Assembly: GCA_013265495.1 (NCBI GenBank)
Contig: MU061579.1
Coordinates: forward strand, 2,105,319-2,169,318
Length of the DNA stretch: 64,000 bases
Source of the DNA: Vicugna vicugna
Taxonomy: Eukaryota
Direction: 5' to 3'
Shown: positions 51,900 through 64,000 of the stretch, piece after piece
How positions within the stretch are numbered: the first letter of the stretch is position 1
How the letters are laid out: each line of letters opens with the position of its first letter
The notes under the pieces: model-generated
What the model was told of the DNA's origin: nothing
Databases searched by the model: none
Seen by the model: the letters and a program-made list of their open reading frames with translations, nothing else
Translations under genes and position numbers: made by a program

Positions 51900-53320
51900 T
51901 GTCCATATGGTCATTCTCCACTTATGTCTCAAAGTCTCTTTAATCCACTCCTGTGGGTCTTTGATCCTTTCCACTCCCCAGGCATGGCTCTATCAAGGTT
52001 AGCAGAATTCCTTTTGCTAAATTCAGTGATCAATTCTGTCCCCTTGTCTAAATTTAGTATTTGGTTATTCACTCCCTCTCCCTGGGGTACTTCTCATCAC
52101 CATATTCACTTGGTTTTCCTTCTCCATTATTGACTGCATCTTCTTAGTCTCCTGTGCTGCTTCTAATAGTAAGATGACTAGATCATATAGTGCCCCAGGA
52201 TTTTGATTCTATATATCACCATCCCAGGCTTCTCCTCTGGGCTCCCTACTCAATACAAATACCTATCTGGCTTTTCTACTGGTAAAGTCAGTAGTCCACA
52301 GTGGTCATGTGGCAGATCCTGGCATCAGATTCTCCTTGACTCCATTAGCTGGCTGACTAGGGTAAGTCTCTCTGTACTTTTTTTAGTTTTCTTCTCTCTA
52401 AAATGAGAATAATAATAAAAACTACTTCATGGGATTCTTGGGACAATTAAATAAGTAAAAGATATAAATAAATAAAAATGTAAGTGTTTACAAGTATACT
52501 TGTCACAGAATAAGTGCTTAATAATTACTACTTATTAACATTATTATCACAAACATAACACAGTAAAAGTAGAACCATTAATTTTTTCCCCTCATATACC
52601 TCCGTTTGCCCTTTTAATAAACCCTTCTCAGGTGAATGAATAGTACTGATATCTACCCACTTTTTTTTCACGGAAAAATCCCCAAGATCATCTTTTACTC
52701 TTTTCCCTTATATGCCACTCCAATCCACCAGTAATTTCTATTACCTTTACATCAAAAATATTTACCAAATCTGACCACTTTTCACCACCTTCTATTCTAA
52801 ATCATAAACCAAGCCACTGACATCTGCTGTGTGTCTAATTCTACCATGCTTCCTACAATATCCATGGAGTGATATTTCTAGTGTGCAAATGCATATATGT
52901 CCTTCCACTATTTAAAATCTGCCACTGTTTTACCATTACAATGAGAATAAAACCCAATCTTCCAAAGTGGTCTACAAGCATGCCCTGTTTGGGGACCAGT
53001 CTGCCCCTGGGAGCTCAGCTCCTTTCACTCTCAGCATTATTCTCTAAACCAAAGCCACTCTGATCCCTTTTTCTGTCACTCAAACATGCCAAAGATTCTT
53101 TCTTCGAAGCCTTTGAATTTGTTTTGCTTTCTATCTGGAACACTCTTTCTCCCATCCAGTCTTCATATGCAGGCCTTGTCTTCATCATTTAAATCTCACT
53201 TCAGATGTCAGGTCCTCACTGGGGCCCCCTTGACCATCTTCATCATGATACTCTGTTGTAGAGTTTTTGTAGCACTCATTAGGGTCTGCCATTTCCACTC
53301 CAACCTTAGTTTGCCTAAAT
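51900..53320 (+). mobile_element. L2 LINE (ORF2 end plus 3'UTR), interrupted by a MIR
   Basis: 'gctctatcaaggtt', 'cttggttttccttc', 'aaatctgaccacttttcaccacc', 'ccaagccac', 'agaataaaacccaa', 'ctggaacactctt', 'ctcacttcagatgtca'. Confidence 0.75.
52290..52550 (+). mobile_element. MIR SINE nested in L2
   Basis: 'cattagctggctgactagggtaagt', 'ctaaaatgagaataataataaaactacttcatggg', 'taagtgcttaataa'. Confidence 0.7.
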
Positions 53321-55859
53321 TGGTCATACCTAAATCTGGAAAATTTTTTTAAAAACCTCTTGTAAGCTTTCATTTGTTTTACTTGATTATTTACATTTTG
53401 GTCAGCAGAGTTCTTAAATTTTATTTTTGTATATACTTGGTCGTATAAGGAAAGTGATTATTAGATGATACACTGGTGTTTGCTGGTGGATTCAGCATTG
53501 AGAATGTTGTAACCATCTCCAACTAGCCTCTTCATATTTGTAAAAGTTGATGTGAATAAAATGATACTTGTTTTGGATCTGGAGTTCTGTTGGAGAACAA
53601 TTTTTGGAAAATGAGCTGTTCACCTTTTGATTTATATACAAGATATGTATCTAAGAAGACACTGCTAAAATGACTCGAAGGTTGTATGTAAGCCTAGAAA
53701 TACTTCACTTGAATGATGAATTACTTTATCAATGAAGCTAATGTATCAGAAGATTCTAATTGTTGTGTCAGTAGTTCTCCAAAGTGTAAACAATGAAATA
53801 CAAACAAATATTGTCTTCCTTACATTTATTTTACTTTTGAGGAAAACAGTGCAAAACCTACTTCTTATTGTTTCTGAAGCAAGGATACTTATTAACTTGA
53901 GAAACCATGTCTTTTGATTATAAATATCGTGAGATCAAGACATTGACCATAGAGGATGTTCATGGATTACTGTTTTAAGGTAACTACCATGAGGATATCA
54001 GGCATGCATGAACTGCAATCATGGGCTTTCCACTACCAAAATAGAATAGATTCTTATTCATCGAATACAATGCTATATTTTCAGCCCCAGCTAACTCTTT
54101 ATAATCACTTAAGATTTGAATATAAAATTAGGCTTTCTAGTCTTAACTGCAAATATTATATTTCTGGATTCAGGTTGGATTTTTTTAAAGATAGGATGGA
54201 GCACGTGTTCTGACTTTGTAGCTAAATATTATTATACTCCGAGGCCTAACTCGGGACATATTGTAACAGTCATCATCTATTTGTGAAAAAGGAAATTTGG
54301 GGACTTCTGGCACGCTTTCAAAATTCCAGTTGATGGAAAGGACTATGAGAGAGGCTTTTTGACCTGAAATATTTTGTAAATCCCAGAGTGAGATGCTTAA
54401 TTAGAGCATACATTGTGAAGGACTCTCAAACAAGAGAGGTCTCAATCCAAGTTTTTTTTTTCCCCTAAGAGGAGCCAAAACGTGTCATCACAGTGGGCTC
54501 TCTGGGGGCCTACAGTGACATGGGTGGCTTCTTTTCTTAGCTGGTGTAGGAAGGAGGGGTAGGCATGTAGATACATCTTTGTGTTGGTGTTTGCAGAAGA
54601 TAAGTGAGAACCAGACATGCAGACAGGCTGTGGGATGGTTGGAAGCGATGTCAGTACTGACTACATGAACAAACATACTGGAAAGGGGTTAAATGCCATT
54701 ATCCATCATTGATTTTATAGAGAGATTACAATAGATAAATTTCAAATATCACAGACAAGCCACTATGAATTGCATTTCCTAGTATAAAATATTTAGTAGT
54801 TTTTCACATGGATTCGTTAAGATGTTTGAATAAATAATAATTGTTTTCTGCTTCTTTGTTGGCAAGGAAAGCCAGAAAACTTTTTCAGGGCATCTGGCTA
54901 AAAACCCTCTTTCTCTCTCTCTCTCTTTTTTATTCCCCCTTCAGGATAACTTAGACACAATTCCTAAAAGAACACCATTTGGCTGATTTCCATCTGGCAT
55001 CCTTCTCTACTTATTTTTACTGAAAAGTGTGGAGCCTAGTTTTTAATGCTATTTCTGAATAAATTCAGCTTTCAGCTCAACACCCATTCTCCCCTCTGTG
55101 TTTCATATGAGCAGTTGCCTCTTTTTGTGTGGTAAATAAATATAGCTCTGGGCTCTAACCAGGTAGAATCAGATAAAAAGCCAACTGTAGAAATATGGGC
55201 TGACTTTCTAGTAATCTTTTATAGGCTTTAGAATACAAATGTGTCGTGAAAAGCTCTGTCTGTGCGGAAGAACTGAGTGTTTTACACACAGCTAATTAGA
55301 AAATTGTCAAGATATATATTGCTTTTTACAAATGTTTTTGTATTTGTTATTTCGCATATGAAATAAAAAATTATCATGTTGCTGAATTACGAAAAACCTC
55401 TCGACTGAGAGGCCTTCATCAATGACTAATTGCTACTATTTGTAACCCACTTTACAAGCAAATAAAGTGCCCATCTGGTAATTCTATTAATGGTTTCTTT
55501 ATTAAAACGGCTATTGGTCCTCAAAGAGAAAATATGCAATTATGAAATATTCATATTGGTGTCACTTCTGAAAAGCTCACAAATGTATCTAGAAAAACAG
55601 AGTTTATCATTCTTTTTCTCATTCTCTATTAAGCCTATAACCTTTTAAAAACTTAAATTGGATTAATGATGTAGCTACATACACTCAACAAAATGGAAAA
55701 TTAAACAGTTATTTAAATAAATCAAAACAAAAAATAAACTTTCATAATCAATCATTTGGATAGCAGTGTGAACTCCCTCAACTCTGGCCCCCAGCCCTCT
55801 GTGTTGCCCGCTGGAGAATGTCTTGAATAACCAGGTCTCCCCACTGAAAAGAGGGAAAG

Positions 55860-56035
55860 GGAAAAACTAGTCCTGGTCTTATTTTGACAAGCTTTCACCG
55901 TGAACAAAACTCGGCATGTCTCTGAGACTCCATTTCCGTGGTGGTCAAATGCAGGGAATGTCTCTGCTAGTCTTTGGCGCTGTTACGAAGAATGAATAAA
56001 ATGAAGAATGTGCAAATATTTTGTCAAAGTAAGTC
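55860..56035 (+). mobile_element. Diverged MIR SINE
   Basis: 'ctagtcctggtct', 'tctctgagactccatttcc..tcaaatg', 'gctgttacgaagaatgaataaaatga'. Confidence 0.5.
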
Positions 56036-56491
56036 CCTCGAGGAGGCAGAGATAGCTGTCACCAGCCAGGCTTCTCAATAGGGCCATCTTTGTCACCCAC
56101 CTGAAGACTAAAGTATTTTATCTCTGAGGAGAAGTAGTATGTAGAATTGGTCCAGCCCTGCTTCATTCTGAGCCTCAGTCTCTGAGGGGTCCGTGAAGAT
56201 TCACTGACCTTGCATCTCCCGCAGCGTGGGAGTTCTGTACAGCCTCCCCTACAGGGAGACTCCAGTTCTCCTGCTTGTCTTCTGACTTGGCTGACCCAGT
56301 GACCGTCTCAGCAGAAGCAGAATGGGTTAGTCTGGTTTACTTCGTATACGTAACACCTCCTGTGCCCCGGCTCCAATGCTCTGGCACCTTTCCTGGTTTT
56401 GTGATGCCCTCTCAGTCCTGTTTGCATTTGCACACATCTGGAGTGCAAATTCTCTTTTTCTTCTGGTTACATTTTCCTTGTTCTTCAACAG

Positions 56492-56509
56492 GCAGCTCAA
56501 CTCTGTCTG
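56492..56509 (+). other. Candidate 18-nt microexon (GCAGCTCAACTCTGTCTG)
   Basis: Long pyrimidine tract 'ttctctttttcttctggttacattttccttgttcttcaacag|', donor 'CTG|gtatga', length divisible by 3, no stop codon in any frame. Confidence 0.3.
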
Positions 56510-56727
56510 GTATGATTATAGAGACTTAATTTTTTTTTCCTTCTTTACACTTCAGTTCTTTACACTTTAGTTTTCTTTCATGACTTTTATAGTTTATAAT
56601 GCCGCCTGAAGATTTCATTAAGAAAAACCTGAAGTCTTTTGAAGGGTCAGGTGCCCGTCTTGCCTTTTACTAGCACAAATGTCCACCTCTCCTAATAATT
56701 ATCTGAGTGGATAACGTTTATAACGGA

Positions 56728-56834
56728 CTGTTTATTTGTCTGTCTCACTAGACTGAGATCTTCTGTAAATGCAGTCATGGCTGCTGCAATATCTTTAATA
56801 GGCATTTATTACCTGTAAGTTGAATGAATGAATA
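56728..56834 (+). mobile_element. L2 3' end with (TGAA)n tail
   Basis: 'gtttatttgtctgtctcactagactgag' ... 'gttgaatgaatgaa'. Confidence 0.7.
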
Positions 56835-57421
56835 GATATACAGATAGTTTATGTGTGTAGTTCATTTTAATTTCATAAATAGATATAGGACGATATTAAA
56901 CAGCTAATAATTAATTAGATTTGCAGTTAATATAACAAGTTCTTAGTTTATTTTGTGCTTTCATACTCATTGGACTTAAATATTGAAAAATAAATTTTGT
57001 TATAGTAACAAATAAATAGACGTAAGTATAATAAATAAATGAGGAACGCTTTTGTAAATTATCATTTTTAAAGCAACTTTTCATTCTCTCATTTCTTTTT
57101 TTGTACTGTATAAAGTATTTTCATCTTGAAGGTCACGGCTGAACTTTAACATTCATAGTAGAGGCACTATGCCGATGTCACAACACAGCTCATAAAATCC
57201 CGTAGTGACTCTTTTAACGGATTACTGTCACAGATCATGTCTAGCTATCTGTGTATTTCTTATCAAAACTGAGGTTCAGATAACTGGAAACATTTGAATG
57301 ACAATCAGAAACTTCCAATATTCTGCTCATGTGAAAGGATGCTACACCTTCTGTTGGAAGAATATTTCCTCCCAAGTGGCAGTCAGTGGCTTCTGGCATG
57401 AGTTGGCAAAAATAAGCACTA

Positions 57422-57620
57422 TTTCATTCACTTCAGTTCAATTCAATAGATGTTTACTGTATACCAAATAACTCACGAGTCTCTAGATACATAGAAGTGT
57501 ATAAAGCCTTGGCTCATTCTTCGAGGAAGTCATAAGTTTTAGGGAGGCAAAAAGTATTCAATTACTGATAAAGAAATGGTGAAATGTTCATTAATAGCAT
57601 TAAACAAAATTTCTTAGGGG
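57422..57620 (-). mobile_element. L2 3' end
   Basis: 'ttcattca..aattcaatagatgtttactg..ctagataca', 'tcgaggaagtcata'. Confidence 0.55.
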
Positions 57621-57734
57621 CTGTTCTTTGCTTGGCACTGCGTTGGGCACTCATAAAGCACTGTAAGAACACAGCAGTGTAGAATCTTTAGCTCTGGCAT
57701 TGGAGGAGGGCCCTGGGATGGAACTGACTCCTCA

Positions 57735-57993
57735 CTGGGCGCGGTAGTTAAAATATTTTGGAGCCAAAATACTTTTTAGTATGGGGCCCATGACAGTGTT
57801 TCAGTTTCACTTAAAATCAGAAGATAAACAAGGATCTTTTCAGTCAAATAAAATGTTTTAATACAGAATAGTAATATGTTTATCTTTATACCAACATGGT
57901 CATTATACATAATGTGTAATGTGTTTTAATGATGAAAGTGTTCTATAAAGGCAGAAGAGCCTAGGGTCCATGGAAGTCATAATGTGACCTTGA
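57735..57993. mobile_element. Probable hAT (Tip100-like) DNA transposon fossil
   Basis: AT-rich body with 'ggggcccatga' and terminal 'gcctagggtccatggaagtcataatgtgaccttg'. Family not firmly identified. Confidence 0.4.
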
Positions 57994-58326
57994 CTGAGGG
58001 CAAGTGGAAGCCAGAGGGATTCCGAAAAGTCTCAGAGCAATGGAGTTGAGCTTTGAAATACAAGTAACATTTGACTAGGTAGAGGACAGGAAGGCCTTAT
58101 AGTGAAAAAGATTAGCCAAGGGCAAGGCCCAGACTTGGGAAAGAATAGGGTGATTTAATTCAGGGGTGCACAAGACATGGCCCCCAAATCACAGCTCAGT
58201 GGACGGAGGCAGAGGTATGCCAAGTCTAAAGGCATAATAGGAGATGTATGCCAATTCCAAGAATGGGAGCTGAGGCACCTGCTCCTAAATCTGTAACATT
58301 CCTGAGAGTAAAGGTTTACAACCAGA

Positions 58327-58450
58327 GGCGGGAGGGTAGAGCTTGTGGTAGTATGTGTGCTTAGAATGCACAAGGTCCTGGGTTCAATCCCCAGTACGTC
58401 CATTAAAAAATTAGTAAACCTAGTAACAGCACCCGCCCCCTGCAAAAAAG
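58327..58450 (+). mobile_element. tRNA-derived camelid SINE (Vic-1-like) with TSD
   Basis: GGGAGGGTAGAGCT..GTGGTAG..GTGCTTAGAATGCACAAGGTCCTGGGTTCAATCCCCAGTAC plus A-rich tail. TSD is AGGTTTACAACCAGA (58312-58326) / AGATTTACAACCAGA (58451-58465). Confidence 0.88.
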
Positions 58451-58828
58451 AGATTTACAACCAGACAGCTTAAATAAATAAAACTGATTAAATAAGTCTA
58501 CCATTGTAACATTCTCAGCTTTCTGGTATGTGTAATATATTTGGCTGTAGGGTAGGTGGTACTGTGGTTCTGACTGTCTTCAAGCCCTAAAATCTTTATA
58601 TGTCAGTAACTATGAATCTGTCACTATTTGTTTTATTATTCTCCATATATATCTTGAAAATTTTACCTAGCAAGATAACATCTCAAAATTACATTAAAAT
58701 CAGCATCATTTTTTTCCCTCAGAAATTCAGGCAGGATTAATTGAATACTCTAGTCAACATAGGAATTCTTAAGTACATTTTGTACCAATGTTCACTGATA
58801 AATCAATAAACTTTCTTTTATTTTCTAG

Positions 58829-58855
58829 GACAACTTCAATATCCCAGTCAGTGAA
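58829..58855 (+). CDS. Candidate 27-nt microexon (phase-0 reading DNFNIPVSE); host gene not identified
   Basis: Branch-like 'cactgat' at ~58793, 'ctttcttttattttctag|' acceptor, 'GAA|gtgagt' consensus donor, frame-preserving length, two of three frames open, unique sequence. Confidence 0.4.
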
Positions 58856-59729
58856 GTGAGTCATATTATAATTCACATTGATGAATTCTGTTAAGGTACA
58901 TTTTTTAAAGTTTAGAGGGTAAAGTAAAACTCCATTCTGGTGTACTCCGTTGCTCCCGTTTCATTCCACCTTCCGTCAACTTCTTAAAGTATATACTGTC
59001 TCCATGTTTTCTAAACCCTATTCTCAGTGCTGTTTTCGTTGTTTTCCCCCCTCATGTAATGAAGGGAAAACATTATCCATCTAATTTATTTTGAGAGAAT
59101 AACATTAAGGCTACTTACATTTTTTTTGTTATTATAATAGCTGTAGTGAATAGTAGGTGAGCTGTTGAATTTAATTTTTCAACTAATTAAACATGCACAT
59201 ATTAAATTCTCTAACTGTCATAAATATAATCAGGCCTTTAATTAGAAAATGAAGGAAATATAATTCTAAGTATTATGAAGATATATTGAGCTTCTGGTGG
59301 TTAACACATCTAGGGAGATGGGGTAACTCAATCAGAGTGCTGTATTCTGGTTCTATCCTGAATGGAACTTTTGCAAATCTATGGTCCTGAGCATGTAGGA
59401 GAGACATTGGAAATAAAAGGGTGTACTCCTTAAGGAAGGTCACAGCGTCATCTTCAAACCTAAAAAATACCAGCCCTTCTTATAAATAAGTAGTTGAACT
59501 ATTGGATATTGCAATCTATGTTTTTAAATATAGAGAGAAATCTATAAAGAGAGAAATCATTAAAATACATTTTTTTTTCATTTGTTGCATATTTGTTTGT
59601 AACTCTAAAATTTTTAAAGAGGAGTCAGACAAAGGCATTAGCAAAAATTGAACTATTAATTTTGGAATGTTATTCACCGAGTGATGTTGTAAGAATTCCA
59701 TCAATTTCTAGATCCCTCAAATAATGTCA

Positions 59730-59950
59730 TTTATTCGCTCAAGAAAATACTGACCTTAGCAACACATCATGCTAAAGACAGGGACTGCAGGGCTGTGTGA
59801 GGCACAATCCCTGCCTTCAAGAAGTTTACTGTCTAGTGGAGGCAACAGAAGCACAACAGGAACACAGTAGGGTATGACTCACCCTGCACCCAGGCAGTGC
59901 AGGCGAAGGGCCCGTGGGAGCTGTGAAGGCTGCTTCAAGGAAGTAATTTC
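59730..59950 (-). mobile_element. L2 3' fragment
   Basis: 'atccctgccttcaagaagtttactgtctagtggagg', 'gaaggctgcttcaagggaagtaa'. Confidence 0.6.
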
Positions 59951-62249
59951 ACCTTGCTCACAGGGTTGTGTTTTGTTGTTTGTCTTTTGTTTTTTTTTAA
60001 GAGCTGGGTAAATTTTTCTAAGTAATATACCTAGATTTATCTATGTCTGACATAATTAGGAAATTTTGACCTCTTTTATATATTATTTTAAAATTTTGGA
60101 TAAACAGATATACTTTATGGCCCAGTTTCTTTTTACTTATTTTTACACATAATTAACATTTACTTGTATTTTATATAAGTAATGTTTATATATATATGTG
60201 GAAATTTGTTTATTTTTGAAATATCTATCCATCTATCTGTGAACAAAGGAAATATCATTGTAAACACACTTCAGAAACTTTTTTATCATACCTTTCCAAA
60301 TATTTCTGTAGTGTTAATATCAGTCCAGATCCACAGTAAAAAATTCATTCATCATGTTACTCTCTGTTGTTGACTCACTTAAATGTGATTTTCTTTATTT
60401 TGCTCTTCAGTGAGTTGTCTTAAAATGAGGTGAAATGCAGCTTCAATTCTATTTCATTTGTTCTTTCTTCTCTAAAAAGCACTGTCGGTGAATTTTTCAC
60501 CTTGCCCTGACCTAACACTGGTATTTCCTTTACCTACCTAATTTTCTCACAAAGAAGCCCGTTTGTAATCTCTGCTGACTTTGGTTCACCACTCATTGCA
60601 CTATTGCTTAATAGCTGGTAAAAAGACATATGGAAACAAATCAAGCAGATTCTTTTCTCTTGTGAAAGATGGCTGAGGCTTGAAATACGGATATACACTT
60701 TATGTAATTTATTAACTAAATGTATTCTTTAGCTTTTGGAATAAGTTACTAGCTCCTCACATTTAATTCCTAATGTAAAGATGTAAGAGTGGATTAGAGT
60801 CCATTTTCCCATAACTTTTTATTAAAGCAAATGTGTTAATTAAGACTCATAAATCGAGCATCTGCTTTCCTATCTTATGTTTGATGTGATGGGAATGTAA
60901 AAACTAGTGTAAGACTCTATCCCTCTACTCAGTGAGTTTAGAGAGTAAAGCTTTTGAGACAGATTAACAAGCACACATTAAAAGGCATTATATTAATAAA
61001 AAAGAGAATAAAGCTAAATTGTAAGTTATATAATGAGACTGTAAACGTGTATGTTCATTTTTATGTGTGAGTGTGGATTATATATGTGTGTGCGTGCAAG
61101 TATAAAATAAAATTAAAAAATTAAAAGGGAATATACCCAGTATCTCATTGCAGATGGAACTTTAAGAAAAGGTACTTTTTGAAGCAATGCAAGTGGATTA
61201 ATTCAATAAATTACCAAATGAATCTGTATATTACATAGGGACACCACTCCTGTGAGACTCCTGATCAGTTATTAACTTGCATTGTTTTGTAGATGAATCA
61301 GTTTTGTTCATCATATTATTAAAATATCATTTTGTCTTTATTTTTGGTAAAAATAGATCCAGTTAAATTTGACCAAATTGGCTTCAAATGTATTTTGAAA
61401 TATACTGTGCACATTTAAAGAAATTCAGATGATGTCAGATTGTCTCTTGAGTTTTTGTATAACACTGCCAGTGGCGTATTTTGATTTAAGATGTATTTTC
61501 AGTTCTAAACTCCCTGAAGTACTTCTCTCCTGCAGTGATTGACTTTGTAGAGAAACATTTAAAGAGGAATTTAAATTTAAAAGATGCAATTTGAAACACA
61601 TTTTCTTGTGTCAAGTTTTGCCACTGACCTTTTAAAACATGTAAGCAGGGACTTTCCTCTGTAATTATGTTGCTTCTTTTAAATTAAGTCTATATTGTAA
61701 TTCTTTGCAAGATAAGGTTAAATTCTGAAATGAGACTCATTTCATTTTTCTTAGATTTTAGAAGTGGAAAGTGCCTATTTTTTACCGTAGGAATTCATAA
61801 TCATTTTTGAAACAGTTTTCTATCTTTTCGTTTAGGCATCAGAAGACAAAAAAAAAAAAAAATCTGTTCTCCAAAAAGTGATTGTATATTATACAAAAAT
61901 GTATACCTGCCTTTCAAGATAAGTTTGGATTTCAATCAGGATTTCACTGTAAAGAGTTAGTAGAGAAAAAAGATACTGATGGGGGTGCACTTATTGCAAA
62001 GAACTGGGGAAAAGGACACTTTAGGAGTCTTTTTATGAAAGGCTTTGTGCTTCCGCTCACATATAGAAGAACCTCATCAGTCAGTTTCGTCATGAGTTAG
62101 CACAGCATTCTAGTTCTGCATCACTTTGCCAGAAATTCAGTGAACAAATCAGCAGAGTACAGATCAGTCACTTCAAGGCAAGTTATTGACAGTACTGACC
62201 ATCGTTAAGTATTTGATTGTTTGCTTTGCAATCTCTGTTTGGAGGAATT

Positions 62250-62445
62250 TAGATAGAAGAAAATGGAATCTAGAAGCAAACACCTGGATCCGAATCCACG
62301 ACTGATACTCACTTGCTATAGTATCTTGGGTATGTCATCTAACATCTTGAAGCCTCAGTTTTTTCATCTCCTTCTATCCTATGGGAGGTCGTGAGGGCTC
62401 AATGAAATATGGTTTCTGAGGCTATTACTCATAGTGCTTAAAAAT
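62250..62445 (+). mobile_element. MIR SINE
   Basis: 'cacctggatccgaatcc', 'ctcacttgcta..tcttggg..taacatcttgaagcctcagttttttcatct', 'gtcgtgagggctcaatga'. Confidence 0.7.
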
Positions 62446-62934
62446 TTTACATTCTTTCTATAGGTTTCAGTGTACTGATTTGTTAAATTATTTTAATATT
62501 TTAAAATTTATTTTTTAAGCCTAGTTTAATTACTAGCGTGTCCTAACACAAAAGATTCTGCGTTATACGTTAAGCATTTGGATTTCAATTTTTCCTTTTG
62601 TGTGCATGTGCCTGTTCTATAAATTTCAGTAAGTAATTAGGTGTAGAAAAATATTTAAATTATAAATAATAGGAAGGAAATGAAATATTAGGGGTTTGTG
62701 TAATTTGTTGAAGAACATGCTTTTTTTTCATCCTCATTGGCTTTTCTCTTCTGATACTCGTATTCATACCCTGGCGAAAGTAACTAGTCAGCAACTGCAT
62801 TTTTCAGGACATTGCGGATTTTTGTTAAAGGACTTTTATTGTTTTGTTTTGTTTTGCTTTGCTTTTATACAGCGGCATGCATGCTATTTTGTTTTTGTTT
62901 AATTTTCTGCTGTCTCGTCTGCATGGCAAAGAGC

Positions 62935-63451
62935 GTCTAAAAGACTCTTAATTAGTCTCCCTGCTTCTAACCCTGGCCCCTACAGCTGTCTATTTTTAAA
63001 ACTGCAGGCAGAGTAATTCTTATAAAATATAATTCAAATTACTCCTCTGTTCAGAAGCCTCCAGTGACTCCCTAGCTCACTTCAAGTTAAGGCCAAAAGC
63101 ATCAAGACCCTGCATGATCTGATTTCCTCACGTCTCCAAAGACATCTCTGACCACATTCCTCTCACTCTGTTGGCTTCAGCCACACTGGCCTCTTCCCTG
63201 TTCAAAGCCAGGTCCACTTCTTGCTCAGAATCTTTAAATCTGCTCTGCCTTCCGGGGTATTTCCTCCAGTCCCCACATAGCTCAAGTTTTACCTCCTTCT
63301 GGTCGTTTTAGCAGTGAGGACTTCCTGACCACTCTATTTCAAATAGCACCTTCCTCTTAGATCCCAAACACTCCCCACTTTTCTTCCCTTCCCCTCAGTC
63401 CTGCTTGGGATATGTATGCATGCATGTAAGTATGTACGTATATATGTTTAT

Positions 63452-63486
<35 letters not shown>

Positions 63487-63632
63487 AATACTTACCTATA
63501 TATTTGGCTTATTTCTTCCTCACTCATTAGAATGTAAGTTTCCTGAGTCTGGGAATTTGTGTGTGTGTATATGTGTGTTTCACTGCTGTATCCAAGCCAA
63601 GAGAAGGCACTCATTGGTATTTGTTGGGTCAA
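62935..63632 (+). mobile_element. L2a-like LINE 3' region
   Basis: 'agtctccctgcttct', 'actcctctgttcagaagcctccagtgactcc', 'ccctgcatgatctg', 'cagccacactggcctc', 'ttagaatgtaagtttcctgag', 'ttcactgctgtatcc'. Confidence 0.8.
63454..63483. repeat. (TG)15 microsatellite
   Basis: Direct observation. Confidence 0.95.
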
Positions 63633-64000
63633 ATAGGGAAATTATTTACTGTTTCTGAGTCTCCATATCTCCACTTTCCATATCAACTCAAAAGAAGGCT
63701 TTGGGATCTACAGAGTAAGCCTTTTTTTCATGAGACGGAGCTGGCTGTTGTTAACTCTGAAACACCAGATGATTTCTTTCTGCGATGAAAGCACAGCCAT
63801 TTCCCTTTGAAGAGCACCCAACAATTCTAATGATCATAATTAACTCCATATATACATATGTGTAGCTAGATGACCATAGTAACCCTCAGACTTGCTTCAC
63901 AGAACTGGAAAATCAGGACTTCTTTATCGATAAAGATTTAAGGAAGGATCTGTCTAATGCCTCTATTTCAGACACGTCCAGTCTTCCTGGGAAAACTTGA

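Noticed and set aside
54900..54990. Strong acceptor-like pyrimidine tract ending 'ccccttcag' at 54944
   Set aside because: It derives from a (CT)n microsatellite, and I saw no convincing donor at exon distance.
58327..58400. tRNA-like sequence with A and B boxes (also at 19245-19325)
   Set aside because: The A-rich tail, TSDs and lack of a proper acceptor stem indicate a SINE head, not a tRNA gene.
279..63788. The ORFs of 60-147 aa in the supplied track as protein-coding genes
   Set aside because: They are short, many start at non-ATG codons, and their F/L/I/S-rich composition is typical of translated AT-rich non-coding DNA. I recognise no domains, and many overlap repeats.
1..64000. About a dozen AP-1 (TGASTCA) sites across the window
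   Set aside because: Roughly 8 are expected by chance in 64 kb at uniform base composition, so there is no clear enrichment.

Overview
Mammalian genomic DNA, very probably camelid, based on two tRNA-derived Vic-1-like SINEs and cetartiodactyl-type L1 ends. It is AT-rich and CpG-depleted and looks like the inside of a large intron. I recognise no gene, and the ORF track appears to be chance frames plus decayed L2 ORF2. Most of the structure is fossil transposons: many MIR and L2 copies, three MaLR LTRs, and hAT elements (MER20, MER5-like, MER33). Two young SINEs and two young L1 pieces still have target-site duplications. Repeat family names come from my memory of consensus sequences, not from a search, and boundaries of old repeats are approximate. 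The best leads are: (i) a ~320-bp TSD-flanked element made of an L1 5' end joined directly to an L1 3' end, possibly a spliced or bipartite L1 retrocopy, inside a multi-layer nested repeat stack; (ii) two frame-preserving microexon candidates on the + strand (18 nt and 27 nt); (iii) several motif-dense candidate promoter/enhancer patches and a small CpG-rich patch. I found no convincing evidence of a new multi-gene system.
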